A stretch of 63,942 nt of DNA, filler included, from Lenisia limosa (lineage: Eukaryota; Protista; Breviatea), in NCBI GenBank assembly GCA_001655205.1. It is 7 parts of 7 records of this genome, joined end to end, with 100 filler letters (N's around TTAATTAATTAA, not from the genome) between each part and the next. Parts side by side here need not be neighbours in the genome. Positions count along the whole stretch, not along the records: positions 1 to 18,064 come from LPNZ01003891.1; 6 more parts are not named here. One strand, written 5' to 3'. The translations under genes and the position numbers were made by a program. Under the pieces are notes generated by a model. That model worked only from the letters and a program-made list of their open reading frames with translations. It did no database searches and was not told where the DNA came from. This document shows, piece after piece, positions 1-12,800 of the stretch (its first letter is position 1; every line of letters begins with the position of its first letter).

Positions 1-3000
1 CGCCGATGGTGGCGTTGCAGATGGCGTAAAGAGACTCCTTACGAACCTAGGCAGAGTCAGCAGTGGGCGCGGAGGTATGGTAATTTGTTAATGGTATCCC
101 TTTCCTGATTGTTAATGTCTTATTCAAAAAAAAGCAGAGAAGGACTAATAGATAACATGCCAAGGGTTTGTCGAAGAACATTGCGGTTCAGTATTATGTG
201 AATTCTCTCTTTTATTATAACTGAAAGGGAAGCTTAGAATAACAATAAGAAGAATTCCATTCCCACTTGAGGCTCATCGTTAAGAGCGGCACTGAAGAGC
301 TTGGGGAACATGTCCAGGTTGAATACGGCCTGGAAAGTGAGGGAAGGTACTGAAGCTATCAGGCTAATTGGAAAAAAACAAAACAAAAAAATGTATCATA
401 ATTAAAGACTAAATAGAACCCCTCTAGGCCTCACATCGATCTGTTGGTTGGTTCCGGCGGTGATGTTGGAAATGACCCAGCAGGTTTCCTTACGGATGCC
501 CTTGGAAGAGGAGGACAGGAGAAGGTGGTTGAGAGACGTTAGAACACCGGAGTTGATCATCATCTACAGGATGTTAGATTGCAGTCATGGAGCTGAGAGA
601 AAAGTTGGATGATAATGAAACAATGAATGTGGATTTTTGTGACGGATACACTCATGGATCTGCTTTTCTGACCCCGTTAGGTTGCAGACCTTCTCAAACC
701 CGTGGAGAAAGGCCCTTCCCATCATATCCCCCACTCCATCACAAAACATAAAAAAAAAAAAAAAAGATCAATACAGCATTATACCCCAAAAAAAAAGATC
801 AACCCCCAAAAAAAGATCAATACAGCCAGCATTATACCCCCCGCCCACCTGAGTCTCTTGATCGGGGCCGAAAACGATGTTACCGACGGTACGAAGAGCG
901 GGGATTTTGACCTGGGGGGGGGGGGGGNNNNNNNNNNNNNNNNNNNNNNNNNNNNNNNNNNNNNNNNNNNNNNNNNNNNATGGGAAAATTTATGAAACAA
1001 AAAAGTCCAAAATTAACTCTGTTGGCTGACAACACCCGTGGGTTGATAACAACAACAAAAAAACAAAGCCCAGGCCAGTTGGGGTGAGGGAAAACTTGTG
1101 TTAACAGCAAATCAATAAATAAAACTGAAATTCAACTAGGGAGGAGGAGGACACCAATCACATTATTGACCCCCCCCCCCCACGGCTTCATGGGGGTTCA
1201 TGAGTAACTCAGCAATGCGGCGACTGATTCCAAGGTTCAAGATCTCTCCAAGGTTGTCAATGTTCTCTCTGAAAAGTGAAAAAAGGGAAGAGTGGACATT
1301 GATACAAGACTGCTACAGAGCAGAGGGCGCGGAGGCATGGTATTTGTTTAAGGTATCCCGATGTATTGATTTGTTTCCCTAGATTTCTAATGTCTATTAT
1401 TTCTCTTGTTAACGGTTTCATTAAGTGGTAAAAGACTCCTCCTCCCACGAGAGATATGAGAATGACCAGCAGGTATCAGTGAGGAGCTCGGCATCGGGCT
1501 GGTTGAGAAGCTTGGCGAGAGTGGGGAGGGCGGGACGGATCTGTGGTGGTTAATAGTGGGTCGAATCTCGTTTAGATTATAATGTGTCAAGTAGTTTCCA
1601 TATTTACAAATAACACTACTGTACACACGATTCATTAGTACTGTGACGTCACAACTATGATATGCAAAAAACAAGTTTTGAACATCGGGATTAATACCCC
1701 TTCTTCAGTTTCTCGTAAAACGTGACCTGATGTTTTGTTTCAATACCCCTTCCCTCTGTGTGAGAGGGAAGGCGCTCCGCGATATTTATGCTGATTTGTT
1801 TCTGGTATCCCAATGTATTCTTATGGTTCCCCAAGATTGATTTAACATTCTCTCTCTCTCTCTCCCCCATACGGCCTCGAGCTTCGTGTGGGGCTTGCCG
1901 CGACAGAAGTTACTGAGCGTCCACGTGGCGTTGCGCAGAATGCTCTGGTTGCTTTCCTTGTTCAGCATCTCAAGGATGGGGGTGAGGGCGCCGCAAGCGA
2001 GCACGTGATCACGGTACGGGGGGGAGTCTCCGGCGATGTTACCGAGAGCCCACGCGCACTGCTCGCGCACGTCGTNNNNNNNNNNNNNNNNNNNNNNNNN
2101 NNNNNNNNNNNNNNNNNNNNNNNNNNNNNNNNNNNNNNNNNNNNNNNNNNNNNNNNNCACGGAAAACTCTGAGACCGTCGTGTTCCTCCGCCTCCATCCT
2201 TGAAAAGCGCCTTTAGAATAATTGAGTATTGCCCCCTCAAGACGGAAAATATGAATTCAATGAAGAAATCACTCTTTATTGGGAACAAAGAAGACACAAC
2301 TCGGAAGCCCTTAGGTCTGCACCTACATAATACATAAATAGCTGAAGTGAGCTCAGCTTATATGCTTGAGAGAGCGCGCGAAGGAGTATCCTTGATTTTA
2401 CCCCCCCCCCTCGCACCTGATGACGGCGGAGGTCTGTTCGCTGTCGCCAGAGGCAATGTTGGTGAGGGACCAGGCGGCCTCGAACTGGGGAGGGGGGGGG
2501 GTAATAAAAACGAAGGAAATTTCGATGAAGACTATTGGCGTAACGAACCGAATAATCTGAAGCTCCAAACAAAAAACAATCACAAACACGAGCAACCAAC
2601 GCTAAAACTATCCAAAAACTCATACTGGGAGGGGGGGATGTGGCAGCTTAATATGACAACTANNNNNNNNNNNNNNNNNNNNNNNNNNNNNNNNNNNNNN
2701 NNNNNNNNNNNNNNNNNNNNNNNNNNNNNNNNNNNNNNNNNNNNNNNNNNNNNNNNNNNNNNNNNNNNNNNNNNNNNNNNNNNNNNNNNNNNNNNNNNNN
2801 NNNNNNNNNNNNNNNNNNNNNNNNNNNNNNNNNNNNNNNNNNNNNNNNNNNNNNNGGGAACGCTATTTACGAGGCATACCCAGCAATTTCGGTAAGCTAT
2901 GCCAAACTGACCTGGAGAAGAGTGTTCTCATCCTTCTTGAGGAACTCAACAAGAATGTCCACGGCTCCACAGTTGACAATCTCTTGAATAGGAGGCTGAT

Positions 3001-3484
3001 CTAAAGGAAAACATCAAAAAGACGCCTATTACGCAGGGTAAGGCCGAACAAAATGCCCTCGCATCAAGACAGATGCGACTCAACAAAACAATACAAGGCC
3101 TTTTTTAAGTCAAAACCGACCTGAAGCAAGTTTCTTTCTGATAGTAGTGGCTGTAGAGACCTGGACATTGGGATCAGGGTTGCGAAGCTCAGCGACCAGT
3201 TGCGCAAAGTTGTCATTTCCAGTGTTTGCAACAGGGGTGCTAGTCACACGTCTACGTTGACGAAGAAGCTCGGTTCTCTTATTCTAAATGTGTAAAGTAA
3301 CTGAAAAGACAGTTATGAAGAAATCAGGAAAAACACTGCTTCCAATTACCTTTCTGATTGAAGAGACGACATCCTGACGCTTGGAACGTGCGTTCTCAGC
3401 GCTCAGATCTGAATGCGTTAATCAACCAAGTAGCGTTGTACACTGACCTTTCTTGAAACCGTCTGCTCTCTGCTGGTTTGACAT
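1..3484 (-). CDS. KPNA: Importin-alpha (karyopherin alpha), multi-exon, 3' end runs off the window
   Basis: Spliced translation gives an IBB domain ([44 protein letters not shown]) and ARM repeats ([65 protein letters not shown]), with GT-AG introns. Confidence 0.95.
2487..2590. repeat. Dispersed intronic repeat 'M' forming the 3' end of an importin-alpha intron
   Basis: ggggtaataaaaacgaaggaaatttcgatgaagactattggcgtaacgaaccgaataatctgaagctccaaac closely matches copies at 62590-62685 (reverse) and 62775-63065. Confidence 0.8.
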
Positions 3485-3894
3485 ATTTCTAACGAAACAA
3501 ATTCCGAAAAGGGTTTTACGAAAACCAAAAGAATCTCTTTTATACTAATGAGACATGGGGGGTACAATAATATGGTTCATGTCTCAATCATGCATCTTGC
3601 ATGCATCATATTGGCAATCAATCTGCGGCAGCGGTATTTCTAGGCAGGTGGTGGTTCTGCCACCCTGTTCCCGGTACGCACCGGGCATAATTCCTTAGCT
3701 AAGCTCTCGGTGTAAACTGACCGAAAAAGTGGCGTGGAGTTTGCGCGAGGTGGCGTACAGAGAACCACTGCCACCTGCTGCACTGGCACTGGTTCTGGAT
3801 TGGTTCTGGTCTCGAAAACTCGAAAAAAATCATTTTTTTAAAATTTTTTAATTTTTTAAAGCTGTTTTAGTCAGACAATAAGATACTGAGAGGA

Positions 3895-6800
3895 ATGTCT
3901 GGAATGCCGCCACTTTTCCTTGTTTTCTTAGGAGTCTTCTTGGCGTCGGTTGGGGCGGTTCTAATCGACAATGAAGGGACAATGCATCACGATTACTATT
4001 CCTCAGTTAAAGGTTCGTTCCTCCCCCGTTATCCTCCCAACAATACTTGATTGGTCTTACTGTCATCCACGTCAGTTTCACCAAATGAGCAGCTAAAAGT
4101 CTGGTCGAGCTTTTGGATATCAATAGATAGGATTGACTGAAACGCAGGATATTGATCAAAGATACCAAATTACACAAATGTTACACGAGCTGTGTATTTT
4201 GAGCCTTGATTATTATGAAGCAACTCATGCAACAATTCAGCCATTCGCTTTGATGATGGGAGCTGCCTTTCCGCAATGTCTTCTGAGACATCTTCTTCCA
4301 TGTTGGCGGGGGTGATGGGAGTTGCGTGGCATTTATCAAAGCCAACAGTTCAGGATAGTCAGATGTAAAACTACTTAAAGTTCTCCCAACATTTGACCGA
4401 CAGAGTTGCGAAAGTCCAGCACATTTGTGTCGAAACCACCTCCACCACTGCAGATTGCTCCATTTACCTTGTTGACTCTAATGGCGGATCGGTCGGAGAC
4501 GAAAGCACCGTTTCGGTTGGCAATGGGGGATTTCAATCTAGACTTGGCATTATGGTGTCAATTGCTGTTTTGAAATAAACATAAATATCAATATCTTTTT
4601 AGATATTATGAGGCTAATCCCATTATGGGGCAAGAGTGTTAATTGCGATTATTTTTGGATATTTATTAAATGGCATCCTAAGTACTTGATCAGATGGTAT
4701 CCTAAGCACTTGATCAGATTCTGATATGCTTTATTATTGCACCTGACATTCATTTTGATAGTCAAGGAAGCCCCTTGAACAACAAGATAATATTTTTAGG
4801 ACTTATCATCTAATATTTTATTAATGAAAACTGGAAGATCATATCACTCTTTTGTAAACCAAATGGCAACACATTTAGAGGAATCTGTTAATAAAGAACG
4901 GGCGACGTGTTATTATATAAAATGATGGAAAGGTAAATATTGATCCTTTTCAGAGCTTCACTTACGTTTCCAAAAGACGGATAAAATATCGATATTTATG
5001 GAGGATTTATCGAGATTCAGTCTTTTTTGGAACCGAAAGTGAAGATCTAATTCTTTTACATTTGAAAAGAAATCACAATTCTATTGCACAGATTCCAAAA
5101 CAATTTCAAATTTTGATCTGTTTTTTAGAATTATTGGTTATTTTTTTAGGACCTCAGCCTTGTCGGTTCCAGTGCTTCCCCTTTCACGGTTTGAACGGTA
5201 ACAAATTGAATAGAGCTTCACTATCGATTAAAGCAGCATTGTCAATTCTTGACGATATTTAATCTGTCTTTTGGAACGGAAAATGAAACAGTATTATTCT
5301 CTAGAGATGGACAGTATATTAGGATACACAGATCGGAGCAGTTTTATTAACTGTTTATTATTACCCTTAAAGTGAGATATGCACCGAACTTTTTGGCTTC
5401 GAGTCTTGTAGAAGAAAAAAGGAAGTTCTCTCATTTTTTTTTGGGTGTTCTCAAACAGTTACCTGATACTTGTCCTTTGCTCTCAGAATTGATTGTTATT
5501 GAAAGATACAATCTTTTAAAAAGAGAAAAGAGAAAGAGATGCATTGGACTCACAAAGGAAGAAAGTATCCCGAGGGTCTTCGTGCTCTCTCAAGCCTTCC
5601 CGGGAATGCAAGTTTTATACAATTGAACAGTTTTTTACGGGGGGTAGAGATGCTAGTAACATTATCTCCAAATGGTGCACATCTCGCTTTAATACATTGA
5701 ATGGTGATTAGAAGCGGAAGGCTGTTTTGGTTCTCTGTTGCAATGTTTAACTTGAACAAAAGTCTCCATTTATTCTCTAGATCGGCTCTATCACCTACGT
5801 CGCTTCAGGAGAATACTCAGTTGCTGTCACATTCACAGCTGCAGTCCCTCTTAAGTTTGTAGTTTGTTTTTATTGTAATAAGACTCAAGTTTGAAGTGAA
5901 AGCTTGATTTAGCGACATAACATCTTTACAGGCACAACATAATAAAACAGCATCTTAAATCAGTATTGTTTTCATAGACTGGGTGGATTGCCTGAGTCTT
6001 ATTGCAATAAAAGATACATATGAACGAACGAATAATCTTGATTTATTGTTATTTTGACACCACGATTGATATATCAATCATGTTGATATATTTCATATCA
6101 ATATCCTAACTGCTTAGGTTATTCTGCAAGTACCAAAGATTGACGTCTGTGATCTCAAGTCTTCCAAGTGAGTATGGGGAGAGATAAACACTGCCGACAC
6201 TTTTCTGATTTTTGTGGATACACTCTGTTTGAGAGCTAAGGATAACAAATCTCACTTCAATTCTCACAATTGAATGGAGCTGTCATTTAGTACATATGTA
6301 CATATATGGACGGGTACAATATAGTAATATGATCGGTACACATCTAAATACTATGGCTATTGACAAAAAGGCTGTCATAAACTTGTGAATAATAGTTTTG
6401 CTATCTCCTCCTAGAAAATGTAAATAATAAAACAAAAGTGTGAACTGTCAAAAAGGATAAATTAGCGTTCATCCCCCTCTCCCCAGATAAATTGACTTTC
6501 ATTGGCGGTTCGGGTGCAACAGCTGACATGCGATATGACGTGCCCACATCCGACTTTTGGACAGTTGAAAAGGATGACGTTTACAGGGTGGGTCGTATTT
6601 AGGGGGGATGTTTTCAGCTTAAGGTTTTATGATGTGGGAGGAGGGGGGTCGCTGTACAGTGACTGGTATGCCTTGACCTATTTTCCATGGGAAATCATAT
6701 AGCAAATCGCAGTACTTTTCCCAGTTACTGTATATCTGTTTAGTATTTGATTTTTCTATGCGGTTTGTTTCCTTCTTTTGCATCACAAAAACAAAGGGCT

Positions 6801-9730
6801 GAAAAATGGACACATTTATTTAGCTATTTCCTTTTGTGAACAAAATTTGAAAGATCTGAATTTTTATTAAGATCATCGATTTAGTTAGATATTTCACATA
6901 TCATTTAATGAAGCCTCAATAACCTATTCACATCAACATATTCGTAATTTCCCATAGGTAACCGCTATTTGCTAGTAATATTACAGAAAGTACGTATTAC
7001 CAGAACTGGAAACTACAAAATTGTGACCCTCGGTGCATCAAACCAAAACTCTTGTTACTCAATGAAAATTGAAGGTCAAATTACCCTGGTTTGTTGTCAA
7101 CTTAGCCAACGGTACAATATTGTTTGAACCATATTCCTTGTGTGCGGTGATATGAAAAGATCTTGATATTACAATAATCCTAACCGTATCAATGAAGCCT
7201 GTCCTCCCCCTCCCTCTCCTTCCCCTAGAGGGGTAGGGTTTCCTTGTGTTCTGTACGTTATACTTTTTTTATATAAGCTCAGGAGGATACATAACATATA
7301 GTATGAAACTTGTGATATCAAATTTGGTCTGTATTCATGATTTGGTCGTACATTGTCTTACGCGTTTAGACCGAGGGTGACATGTTGTTCGTAGTTGTGG
7401 GACAGAAAGGCGGGTGTAAACAATGCGGAAGTGGAATGTCCATTGTCTTCAAATATCCGGATGACTACCCTGTGAGTTTGGATGGGCACTCCTTTTACAA
7501 TCTATTGTCCACAATATATTTTAGAACAGATTTGATTCCGATCAACTTTATATCACAAAAAGGTGGATACATTTATGGTGATTTGTTCTTTGCTTCCCTG
7601 ATTATTTTTAAATTTTTTCTTGTCTTAAAAACGATGAAAAATGATATTTTATGAACTTAATCTCTGTTATATATCCTCATTACTCTGTAATTCACTCCCC
7701 AGAGTAATGACATTGATTGGCTTGCAGTTTCCGGGGGTGGAGGTGCCTCCTGTAAGCTGAAATGGGATATAGAGAGAAATCTACCGCGGTCTGATGTCAA
7801 TAATAAATCTTCAATAAATATCGATATTTTAAGGGTCTTTTTCAAAAATTGAATTCTTATTTTAGACAAGCATGACCATTATGTTCATAAAAAACTATTT
7901 GCAGTATTTTTATAAACAGCAACAGACACTATTACATGTACTTTTATTCACACATTGAGGGCCCTTAAGCATTGGAATATATTAGCTCACAGTTACATTT
8001 TAAAGATTATTTAAAGACAAAATATGTGATAGTATGTGATAGTATGTGAATTATTCTACAATGGTGAATTCTCTGATTGTTTCCCATTTCATATTCTTCA
8101 CTCATATTACTTTTCGACTTCATTGATGCAGATAACACTGGGGTCTGTAGATCTAATTTGATCAATCTCCTCAGCAGCCAATATGTTGGTTTACGCTATT
8201 TGATAAAATCTTCTTGGTGGCGCATTTCCACTACAATCTTGATTATATATTGATACCTCTTTGTGATCTTCACATGAAAACCATTCTCAAAGTAGAAACA
8301 ACTTCCTTTAAATAAATTACGAGCATTTATACGTCATCAGGCCCATACTCTTGTGATATTATTCCTGTGACACATTAGACCGAATATAACTATGGGACTT
8401 ACGATGGACATGGAGCATCACTACAAAGCAGGGTGCCGATGCATTCTGTATCTTACGCTGGTTCAAGTCTCATTGGGAACTGGTTTGTTATGATTGAATA
8501 ATCTGTAGCTGATTTATATATGTTTTTTTGCAAACAAATCTGCGATAATGTATGGGAAATGTATATATCATCATTAAGAACAACCCTAATAAGATTTGAA
8601 ACTATTAAAAGCCAAATTGTAACCTTAAAAACTATCACTTTAAGATTATATGACGATTTAGGCGTGGAGGTACCAACACAGGTAACCCGAATATCTTCGG
8701 CGGTTTTGGCGGTGGTGGAAGCGGTTTGCTGGGCTTGTAAGCTGATATTATTAGAGTAGTCCAGACAATAAAAGCAGCCAGGTTTTATATTGTCTGGAAT
8801 GGGATTTTTACCAATAAATCTGCAGCCCGTTCGCAAATGTTTACTATGTTGAATTCTTTTAGGACAGCCTGATGCGACAGCTGCAATTGGAGGTTCAGGA
8901 GGTATTCAGGTTTGGGGGGGTGAAAATAAGGGTAAAATTGGGACAGTTTTGTCGGAATCTTTAACAAAATATTAATTTGAGTGGCATTTTTGGATGGATT
9001 TGCTTTATTTAACCTCAAATTTGTTTAAATGTGAATTTGGTTTTCTTACAACTTATTGACGACCAATTAAGAGCTGTTGACATTGTGTCTGTTTTTTGGG
9101 GGGTTTTAAGGCGAACCAAAAGGAATTCCGGCTCACAATACAAAACTTTTCAATTCGAACGCGGGCTTGATTTATGTGGAATCCTTTACCTTTAAACTGA
9201 ACATGATAATGATCTTTCCCTTTAGTATTACTATTAAAGCAGACCGCTAAACCAGAATAAAATCTCAGAGCGTAAGGATTTTCCCCATGGATTTGGGGTA
9301 CAACTTTTGACTACTTTTTGACTAGTAGTCAAAAGTTTGTATTTGGAGCTCGGTTAAGATTGCGTAATGAATCTGGTTAAGCGACCTGCTTTAACGAGTT
9401 TGCTAATTTTCAGGGTATTGTGATTAGCTAATAAGGGGTGGTTTAATGCTCTCTACTTTATAATCCCACAAGTAATATTCTCTATCGATTGTTGAACTGA
9501 TTATGGAATCACACAGATTATATGCAATAAAAAATCTCAGTTTTAATGCCAAAGAACCAATAGTAATCTCAAACATATGGCGCAATATTTTGATCCTAAA
9601 GGGAGCTGAAGCAGGTACTTATGGTGGTGCTGGAAAATCTTATGTGGGTGTTCTCATGACAAGCTCCTCGGCTATTAATGGGCCAAGCATCCCCACTACT
9701 GGCTTTGTTACAATTGAGTACCTTGTATGA
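3895..9730 (+). CDS. Putative secreted/surface protein with ALK/LTK-type glycine-rich domain; exon model incomplete, 3' end approximate
   Basis: Signal-peptide-like N-terminus MSGMPPLFLVFLGVFLASVGA. Dispersed exons read GSITYVASGEYSVAVTFT (Ig-like), TGNYKIVTLGAS, GDMLFVVVGQKGG, VSGGGGAS, AIGGSGG and GTYGGAGKSYVG, in the order of Gly_rich (PF12810-like) motifs. Confidence 0.5.
6657..6730. mobile_element. Tc1/mariner-type MITE (74 bp, TA target duplication), intronic
   Basis: ta|cagtgactgg...cccagttactg|ta. The internal tattttcc..gggaaatc..atagcaaatc is shared with the element at 63822-63899. Confidence 0.75.
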
Positions 9731-9899
9731 ATAGATTTAAAGCCTCGTGTGTTATGTATTTGATTATTTCACAGAAATCGTTTTGGTCAATAGGAATCAT
9801 AACAAGTTGATACTGCTCTTTTACTTTGAACGAGTTACTCAAAAATCCAAATTACATAACATATCATAAATAAAATATCCAGCTTCTCTTCACTATGAA

Positions 9900-12800
9900 T
9901 CCAAACATTCAACGCCAGTCTTGGCACCCATTCTACTCCTCCTGTAATGTCAGCGATAAGCAAACCACTCTCTCAAAAACCAGCTGACAAAATAAAACCA
10001 AACATTGTTCACATCAAGCCGAATGAACCAAATGTCCTCAATATTTGGTGATATTCTCTCCAAGTTTATGGTATTTTATTCCTTTATATGGAGGACTTCC
10101 GCCTCGCAATTGTTACAGTCCCTTCTTACGAGGGTGGAGAGAGGCGAAAGCTTTGGCGACTTCCTTACAAGTGGAGAGAGGGGCGTTCGTGGGGTTACCT
10201 TTAGTCGTGAGACTCATATGATCGAGATTATTTCCAATGATTTTATTTTCCACTTCATTAGTAGACAGTCTTTGATGTAACTATCACATATAAGCTTGAC
10301 ACCCGAGTGAAGATGAATACACCAATATGGTAAAAATATCTAATTGTCATAATGGTCTCATCCAACCTGTACAAAAGATTCTCCATCTCAAAATTTTAAG
10401 TCTATTATTCGTATTGTCCAAAAATAACAATCCTCCAACCAAGGAGAGGTCTTCGATAGTAGCATCGTCAGGTATTGATTTCCGGGCAATAGGACTAAGG
10501 TAAATTGGTCTAAATATAAGTTAAAGAAGATGCACACTGTGATGTGAAAATGTGTCAACTTTATACATCATCTAAATAACCAATAATTGACCCACCCGTT
10601 CCGTGGGGTGTCCAGAAATCCCTTTGTTCCTGAAGGGGACTGTTCTTCTTTGTTTACCACAATGCAAGTACCTTGTTTGTGTATTGCTGATTCATGCTTG
10701 TTTAAATCGAGTTTCAAGCTAGGTGTACGATTCATTTCATTGTGACTGAGTCGTTTCGTTACCGGGTATTCTCTTGCGGATTGTGACTGTTTTTGGGTAT
10801 TTTCACTCACGTCTTCTTTTACCCAAATCTCCAAGGCTAATGCTGTTGCTACCGTCTCCGCACTAAAGGGTTAATAATTTATATCTTCACCCAGTAATTC
10901 TTGCAAGGTGTATAAATCTAAACAAGTAAATATTTCCTTCAAAAACATTCCCAAAACAATAGAATTAAAACTGATATTTCCCTCGTAGTAGATCCTGTTT
11001 TGGAAAGTTGCAAGAATCTCGAACTATAATACCAATTCTTGAAATAGAACCACCTTGATAATGCCGGTAGCACGCCATTTGACTGAATCTGAAGGTCCTG
11101 CAAATTGCACAACATGCTCTAAATTTAATAACTTTTTACTCAGATCAAAAGGGACACTTAATCTAAATTATGCGTCTTACCCTTTTTTTTGGGTCAGATT
11201 TATACTTTCATTTACCTCAATGACCAGATATTGGTCATAGATCAAGTCTTACATCCCAACATACAGTATTTTTCTTGTTATACCTGGGGCTGCTGTCATC
11301 GGAACTACTATGGTCGGAGGGGATTACAAATTGTTGGAAATTCAACTTGGGCGTTTGGGGGGCTGAAGGAGGCTGCAATTGTTAATTTGTATTGTGACCA
11401 AATAATGTTTTGGTGTTTCCTAAGTGATTTTAATAAACTAACAGTTTATTTGAACTGTTACCAGTCACATGACCAAAATCCCGTATACTAATACGATCTT
11501 CATAGTTGAACGATTTTGACTAACCAGTACCACGACAATGTAAACCAAATTGGTCATGATAATGATCAGCAATGTGATGATACAAAGTGTCAGTGCTACT
11601 CCGTCTAATGAGTCTGCAAAGAGCTGGAAGAGTGAGAAAGTCTAGTTTTGCTGATATATTCATTGTTATCATTTTCCTCTCATACCACTCCAAAAACTAG
11701 AGTGACAAGGCAAGAAAATAGCGTCCATGCCTCCAATCTATTCAAGATGCCTTCCTTGTATGGCTGTTGAAGGGTGTGGATGTACAGACTCACGAGGAAG
11801 ACTAGGAGAATGGAAGACGCTAAAAGCAATGGCCGACTAAACTTTTAGTTTAACTTGTTAGCGACAGACAAAGATGTCTTTAGGTTTTGATTATGATGCA
11901 TTAAACCGTGACTTGAAGACTTTGAAGGCATATTAAAAATAACTCTATAACGCAAAACAAAATACTAAAACTCAAACTATGCAAAACTTGACTTGTTTTA
12001 TAAGGGAGAAAAAGCCTTTTGAGGGCTGACTCTAGTCTAAATCCCCTAACTATGATATTAACTGCACTTTTTATCAAATATAAGGAAAGAAAAAGTTGGT
12101 CAGAGCAGAAACCGGAACAAAAAATAAACCATTCCAATCTCGACATAACGTGTCATACTATACAAATAATGTATTATTTTTTTTGTTGACAGACAAAAGA
12201 ATTGCTTTGAAGAGAATATGTAATATTCTAGAACTTTTATTAAACCCCCACATACGAGTCAACAAAAGTGAGACACATGACGAACAAGACCGAGCGAAGC
12301 ATTACAATCAGTTCCCACATGTAGAGGTTTTCTTTAAACCGAGTGTAGAGAAAACCATACCTAAAGAATTTGTTATTCTTTTCATATAGAAGAAACTTAT
12401 TGGAAATGCATATTACAATTACGATTTGAATAGTAAAAAACATTTGTGGAAAGAGCTGACTATAACAATACGGAGTATCAATAAAAGAGGTTTATACATT
12501 TTATCAACAATATGTACATGCTTGCAACACATGAACAATGACTACCTTGCAAGACTGATTTTTGAGCTTAGTCCTTGCCTTTTAGCCTGCCGCAGCACAA
12601 ATAGGGACACAAGAGGCACTCCCAAAATAAACACCAGCATCGCTGATATGGCCAAAGGGATGTAATTCAGATGTTCTCCTTCATAGCAGAGCAGGTAAGG
12701 CGCTATATTTGTCAAAGACCAACGTGTCTGAATATTATATTGATAAGATCGAGAAAATTAATGTGGTATTGAACTGTATTTTTTCTATTTCCTTTTTATT

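Noticed and set aside
4670-4718. 24-bp direct repeat, and a 10-bp repeat near 8022-8050
   Set aside because: These are short local slippage duplications in introns with no further structure.
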